64,000 bases of DNA from Opitutia bacterium (GTDB lineage Bacteria; Verrucomicrobiota; Verrucomicrobiia; Opitutales; Coraliomargaritaceae), in NCBI GenBank assembly GCA_002862945.1, contig PKCJ01000107.1, positions 1,485 to 65,484 of the forward strand, in the 5' to 3' direction. Under the pieces are notes generated by a model. It did not search any database and was not told the origin of the DNA. It saw nothing but the letters and a program-made list of their open reading frames with translations. The translations under genes and the position numbers were made by a program. Positions 55,085-64,000 of the stretch are shown here, one piece after another; the first letter of the stretch is position 1; each line of letters starts with the position of its first letter.

Positions 55085-56326
55085 ATGATTAAAAAAATCT
55101 ACCTATCTTGGCTCAGTTTCTTTTTTTCGATTTTTCTACTTCAAGCAAATCCAATCTATCTGGGCATCGACGTGTTAGAGCATAACGGCTTTCGCTCCAT
55201 CGCTGGCAAGCACGTCGGCCTACTCACGCATCCTGCTGGGCTAAACCGTCGTGGCGAAAGTAGCATCGATGTGCTCCGTCGTGCGCCCAATGTTAGCTTG
55301 GTCGCCCTATTTGGCCCAGAACATGGAATCTATGGCAACGAAAAGGCTAACGTCCCTGTCGTCGATAAGATCGACCCACGCACCGGTCTTCCCGTTTACT
55401 CACTCTACGGTAAATATCGAAAGCCCACTGCCGAGATGCTCGCGGGGCTCGATGCCCTAGTAATCGACCTTCAAGATGTCGGCGTCCGCTCATACACCTA
55501 TGTCAGTTGCATGCGTTACGCGATGGAGGCCTGCTTTGAAAATGGCGTTGAAGTAGTCATACTCGATCGGCCTAACCCACTCGGCGGCCTTAAAGTAGAC
55601 GGCCCCCCGCTCGACCGTGAATGGCGCAGCTACGTTGGCGCATTTCATGTGCCCTACGTTCACGGCCTTACCATCGCTGAGCTCGCTCGCATCGCCAAAA
55701 ACACTCCTGGCTGGATGGAGACGCCTGAACAGATTCGTAAAAATGGCAAACTCACCGTAATACCCATGCGCGGCTGGCGGCGTAACATGCTATGGACAAA
55801 AACGGGGCTCCGCTGGGTGCCCACCTCACCCTACATCCCCGATCTCTCCGCAGTACTCGGCTACGCTATGACGGGGCTTGGTGCCCAAGAAGGCGGCTTC
55901 TCCCATGGTATCGGCACCCCCTATCCTTTTCGCTTACTTCGCTATAAAGGCAAATCCCCGGGGCAGATCAAAGCCGCCCTCGAATCCAAACGAATTCCCG
56001 GGCTAAGCTACCGCATAGTAGAGACTCAAAGCGCGGCTGGCGCACCGCTCAGCGGTGTCTATGTCAGCGTGACTAACTGGAACCGCGTCCGACCCACCGA
56101 ACTAAGTTTTCACATGATGCAACTCGCCGCCGTATGGTCTTCCAGTAACCCTTTCGCAGCTTCAGAAAATCCCGGACTTTTTAACAAGCACGTAGGAAGC
56201 ACCGCATGGTGGAACGAAATCAGGCAACTCGGTGCTCAAGCCCGCGTTGATGTCTATGTCGAAAAGTGGGCACAACAAGCCAAGAGTTTTCAACAAAAGG
56301 CTAAACGCTTCTGGATTTATAACTAG
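55085..56326 (+). CDS. namZ: exo-beta-N-acetylmuramidase (DUF1343)
   Basis: Signal peptide; [29 protein letters not shown] and WVPTSP. Confidence 0.9.
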   Translation: MIKKIYLSWLSFFFSIFLLQANPIYLGIDVLEHNGFRSIAGKHVGLLTHPAGLNRRGESSIDVLRRAPNVSLVALFGPEHGIYGNEKANVPVVDKIDPRTGLPVYSLYGKYRKPTAEMLAGLDALVIDLQDVGVRSYTYVSCMRYAMEACFENGVEVVILDRPNPLGGLKVDGPPLDREWRSYVGAFHVPYVHGLTIAELARIAKNTPGWMETPEQIRKNGKLTVIPMRGWRRNMLWTKTGLRWVPTSPYIPDLSAVLGYAMTGLGAQEGGFSHGIGTPYPFRLLRYKGKSPGQIKAALESKRIPGLSYRIVETQSAAGAPLSGVYVSVTNWNRVRPTELSFHMMQLAAVWSSSNPFAASENPGLFNKHVGSTAWWNEIRQLGAQARVDVYVEKWAQQAKSFQQKAKRFWIYN

Positions 56327-56382
56327 CCGAACTAAAGACTAAAGTCTTACTCATTTGAAGAGCGATGGCCTTAGAATTTAAA

Positions 56383-56946
56383 TCATTGCCCCTGAAAGCG
56401 CAGCACATCAGCTACTGCATATTCAAACAAATCGCTCCACGGCTGTACCGCTTCTATCGTCGCAGGCACCGCATCGATCTGCGTATTGAGCACGCCGATC
56501 ACCGCAAGGTGCTCCTTACGGTTAAACATCCGCAGGCGTAAGCCCAGATCATCTAGCATTGGTTTCAGCTCGGTGACATCCACACCCTCAGCCAGATGGA
56601 TCGAGATCTGATCTGCTGCCATAAAGCTAAATTCACCCGTCGCGATCGTCTCAACGACACGAATATAAGGGTAAGTCTTGTCAAAGTTGAGCAACCATAC
56701 GCGCTCCTCGGCAACCTCTTTATCTGGTAAATAACCAAAGTCGATAATTCGCCCCTTCTGGATCGATGCGGGCATGTTATGCGGAAGCGACTCAGCTCCA
56801 CCTGCTATGGCTTTCGTATTATGGGTCACCCAAGGATCGACAGTCGCCTCTTGTTTCGAGGCTTTGCGTAAAAGGTTCATAGACACTAAAAGTGATCCCA
56901 AGATGAAGCCTGTTAAATAAACCGTAACTCGCTGTGAATTTTTCAT
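56383..56946 (-). CDS. membrane-anchored hypothetical protein with a subtilase-prodomain-like C-terminus
   Basis: ATG at 56946 (MKNSQRVTVYLTGFILGSLLV); one TM helix, then YPYIRVVE...MAADQISIHL...DAVP...EYAVAD. Confidence 0.75.
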   Translation of the reverse strand: MKNSQRVTVYLTGFILGSLLVSMNLLRKASKQEATVDPWVTHNTKAIAGGAESLPHNMPASIQKGRIIDFGYLPDKEVAEERVWLLNFDKTYPYIRVVETIATGEFSFMAADQISIHLAEGVDVTELKPMLDDLGLRLRMFNRKEHLAVIGVLNTQIDAVPATIEAVQPWSDLFEYAVADVLRFQGQ

Positions 56947-56959
56947 TAGCGCGTCTATG

Positions 56960-57229
56960 TCACGATTTAGGCTGTGCCTGCAAGTATTCCTTACGCGCGC
57001 GCATGACGCAAAGTACGATAGCAAAACCACCCGCCCAAACTCCGCCGTAACGGAGACCATTGGAAAAACCAAAAGCGGCTTGGTATCCATAATCCGGCGC
57101 ATTCATGAAGATGAGTCCAAACAACAGATGGCTTATTACACCAATGACTGCGCCTGCTAAACAGATTATTAGTACGAAGAAGAGCCAGATAAAGAGCCAG
57201 CGGATAATTTGCCATAGAATGTTTAACAT
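56960..57229 (-). CDS. small membrane protein
   Basis: ATG at 57229, 89 aa, two hydrophobic helices; 13 bp upstream of the next gene. Confidence 0.7.
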   Translation of the reverse strand: MLNILWQIIRWLFIWLFFVLIICLAGAVIGVISHLLFGLIFMNAPDYGYQAAFGFSNGLRYGGVWAGGFAIVLCVMRARKEYLQAQPKS

Positions 57230-57314
57230 ATAAGGGGTAACATAAAAATCACAACTCAGTCGGCAAGCCTCGGAGAAAAAAGAAGAATACTGTGGCAAAC
57301 TAGATCTAATGTTA

Positions 57315-57590
57315 TCAAGATAACTCAGCAACTAAATTCAACTTTTGAGCCTTAGTCAGTGCTTTAATTCGACGCTCTTCAATCGTCGCCTCAGATTGTG
57401 TGCCAATCTCTTTCGCATAGATCAACTCAAGCGGCGTGCGCCCTCGTAAATACTTGGCCGACCTAGGACTGCTACTAGTATGTTCCTCGAAGCGGCGAGT
57501 CACATTAGTCGATATTCCCGTATACAAAGTGCTATCTGCACAGCGAATGATATAGACGGACCATGTTCCACTCTGGGAGTAACTACTCAT
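57315..57590 (-). CDS. GIY-YIG nuclease family protein (UPF0213/YhbQ-like)
   Basis: VYIIRCADSTLYTGIS, RRFEEH, AKYLRGR and EERRIKAL. Confidence 0.92.
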   Translation of the reverse strand: MSSYSQSGTWSVYIIRCADSTLYTGISTNVTRRFEEHTSSSPRSAKYLRGRTPLELIYAKEIGTQSEATIEERRIKALTKAQKLNLVAELS

Positions 57591-57604
57591 ATATGTAATC
57601 GATA

Positions 57605-57766
57605 GACATCCAAAGTTAACAGCAAGGCCGAAGCGATCGAGCAGTCACCTACGGCACTGGAGGATACAGGTAACGCGCCTAGACATAGAGCATCAAACTT
57701 ACCGATATGCAAGAACGCGTCCCTCAAGGCGAAATTATATACGATGAACTCTTCAAAGGTATGTAG
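57605..57766 (+). pseudogene. possible decayed 3' gene remnant
   Basis: The frame from 57605 reads DIQS*QQGRSDRAVTYGTGGYR*RA*T*SIKLTDMQERVPQGEIIYDELFKGM*. It is protein-like but has several in-frame stops. Confidence 0.3.
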
Positions 57767-57871
57767 CTTAAATACTTGCGAATCTATTCCACCCCACACC
57801 CTACCCAAAAACGCAGGCAATCGCTTGAACCATCCCTCATCATGATGCTAACTAAAGATAGAAAAATCCGC

Positions 57872-58768
57872 ATGCTGAACCTTTACTACGATCCGATCTA
57901 CACCGAAGGCCTCGACCCAACAGTTCGCTTCCCGCGTGAACGATATCAGCTTTTAGCAACGCGCCTAGCAGAGAACTCGGACATTAACATCCAGCGTCCG
58001 CCTCTCGCTACGCGCGAGCAGATTGTGATGGCACACGACGAACACTACGTCGACCTTTTCATAGAAGGTAAACTAGAGCCTGCTGCCATACGCCGCATTG
58101 GTTTGCGTCCTTGGACGCATGCCATCATCGAGCGGACCTTACGTCTCATCGGCGGAAGCTTATCCGCACTCGATCACGCCTTATCGAATATCAGTATCGC
58201 TGGTAATATGGCTGGCGGCACCCACCACGCCTATCGAGAGTGCGGTTCGGGCTATTGTATCTTTAACGATGTCGCCATCTGCGCCCAAGCAGCCCTCAAA
58301 GCACCTAGGATCAAAAAAGTCCTCATTCTAGACCTTGATGTACATCAAGGCGATGGCACCGCAGCCATCCTCCAAGGTCATCCCAACATTTTTACTTGTT
58401 CAATTCACGCCGAAAGCAACTTCCCGTTTCGAAAACAACAAAGCGATCTCGATGTCCACCTCGCGGACGAGACCAAGGATGGCGACTACTTAGCTTGCCT
58501 CGACCGCACATTGGAAAAAATTCAACCCCATAAATATGACTGCATACTATTTCAAGCTGGTGTCGACCCACTCGAAGAAGACGCCCTTGGTCGACTCGCC
58601 CTGACTAGGGTTGGACTACGCCAACGCAACGAACGAATCTTCAAACTACACCGACAATACAATCTCCCTGTTGTCATCTTCATGGGCGGCGGTTATGCTA
58701 AACCCATAGAACGAACTGTCGATGCCTTCGAAGACCTTTTTACCGTAGCTGCTCAATTCACAGTTTAA
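57872..58768 (+). CDS. histone deacetylase family (Zn-dependent deacylase)
   Basis: GGTHHA, GYCIFND, DLDVHQGDGT, QAGVD and GGGY. Confidence 0.95.
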   Translation: MLNLYYDPIYTEGLDPTVRFPRERYQLLATRLAENSDINIQRPPLATREQIVMAHDEHYVDLFIEGKLEPAAIRRIGLRPWTHAIIERTLRLIGGSLSALDHALSNISIAGNMAGGTHHAYRECGSGYCIFNDVAICAQAALKAPRIKKVLILDLDVHQGDGTAAILQGHPNIFTCSIHAESNFPFRKQQSDLDVHLADETKDGDYLACLDRTLEKIQPHKYDCILFQAGVDPLEEDALGRLALTRVGLRQRNERIFKLHRQYNLPVVIFMGGGYAKPIERTVDAFEDLFTVAAQFTV

Positions 58769-58774
58769 TCTAGC

Positions 58775-59311
58775 ATGAAACGTTACACCGCCAACATCAA
58801 TAACACCCACCCAATCATCGCCATCGACATAGGCTACAGCGCGAAGACTGCATCGTGCGCTCTCACTTACTCTGGTTCGCTAGAAACCCAGACAATTCAG
58901 TTCGGCGAATGCATTGAAGCGACTAGTCACTTAATAGAGAAAAAAGGAAAGCATACGATCATCCTAGAAGCCGTCCTCTCCACCTATCACCGTCCCGACG
59001 GTAACCCCGACATCCGAGGAGATTTTGAAAAAGGCCGTGGTTGGTATTACGGACCGGGTGTATCCACATTCGCGGCAGCAATTCGTTTCCTTCAAGTCCT
59101 CGACCAAAAGCTCTCAGAGGACATCCGTCCGATTCCAATAGTCGAAGGCTTTTTAAGCTACAAAAAGACCCGCACTCAACATGCAGACGACGCTCAGCGA
59201 CTACTCAAAGAATTATTTACTGCCGAACGCTTTAAAGCAAGAAGTGGCAGCGAACCGATCATCTCAGAAATTGATGGTATACCGAGCATCGTGAGATACA
59301 ATCATCCGTAA
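58775..59311 (+). CDS. hypothetical protein, putative RNase H-fold nuclease
   Basis: First strand IIAIDIGYS, then acidic motifs ILEA, IVEGF and HADDA. Confidence 0.65.
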   Translation: MKRYTANINNTHPIIAIDIGYSAKTASCALTYSGSLETQTIQFGECIEATSHLIEKKGKHTIILEAVLSTYHRPDGNPDIRGDFEKGRGWYYGPGVSTFAAAIRFLQVLDQKLSEDIRPIPIVEGFLSYKKTRTQHADDAQRLLKELFTAERFKARSGSEPIISEIDGIPSIVRYNHP

Positions 59312-59406
59312 TAATCATAGCCAACTTCACGAGTCAACAAACTGCGTCACCAAGTAAGATTGAAAGGCATAAGGCAGAGGCGCGATCCTTAAGAGCTTAA
59401 GGACCA

Positions 59407-59436
59407 AAAGAGCCGTTCCACACGGAACGGCTCTTT
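59407..59436. terminator. bidirectional intrinsic terminator downstream of rpoC
   Basis: AAAGAGCCGTTCC-ACAC-GGAACGGCTCTTT, a perfect 13-bp stem between convergent genes. Confidence 0.88.
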
Positions 59437-59487
59437 GCTTAAATGACTTTGAATCGTTACATTACCCTTCGATGAGCTCAACCCCAA

Positions 59488-63732
<4,245 letters not shown>

Positions 63733-63772
63733 TAGTAAACTTTCTTTGAAATGTTATGTTAAATAGTGGCCC

Positions 63773-64000
<228 letters not shown>

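Noticed and set aside
59376-59400. AGAGGCGCG-N6-AAGAG, resembling the 5' end of a lysine riboswitch
   Set aside because: It lies between convergent genes, and the downstream conserved elements of the aptamer are absent.

Overview
This window is core bacterial chromosome at roughly 50% GC. Gene content and protein style suggest Verrucomicrobiota, probably a marine Opitutales (Puniceicoccaceae/Coraliomargarita-like) lineage; that assignment is inferred, not searched. It is densely coding, with about 55 CDS and one tRNA. Housekeeping genes include glmM, trpD, uppP, hisC, nth, holB, lepA, purD, hemG/hemY, ymdB, ilvB, carB, purU, eno, sufE, lysA, rodA, an Rne/Rng ribonuclease, namZ, rpoC and the 3' end of rpoB. 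No prophage, IS, integrase or CRISPR array was seen. Six observations stand out. (1) An uncharacterised putative ion-driven envelope motor: a MotA/TolQ/ExbB-like channel plus two paralogous proteins, each with an ExbD-like Asp-bearing, Cys-rich TM helix, a coiled coil and a vWA domain. A glycine-zipper lipoprotein lies divergent to it, and a TPR/PEGA-like operon 12 kb away is a possible partner. (2) A tRNA-Leu with the bacterially rare A34 anticodon AAG. (3) A Wzc-type kinase with a 21-bp tandem repeat encoding an N-terminal (GGYGYG)n tail. (4) A G9 tract and a low-GC patch inside a TonB-dependent receptor. (5) A secreted His-Cys-initiated, 14-Cys metallothionein-like protein. (6) A stand-alone, membrane-anchored protein resembling a subtilase prodomain.
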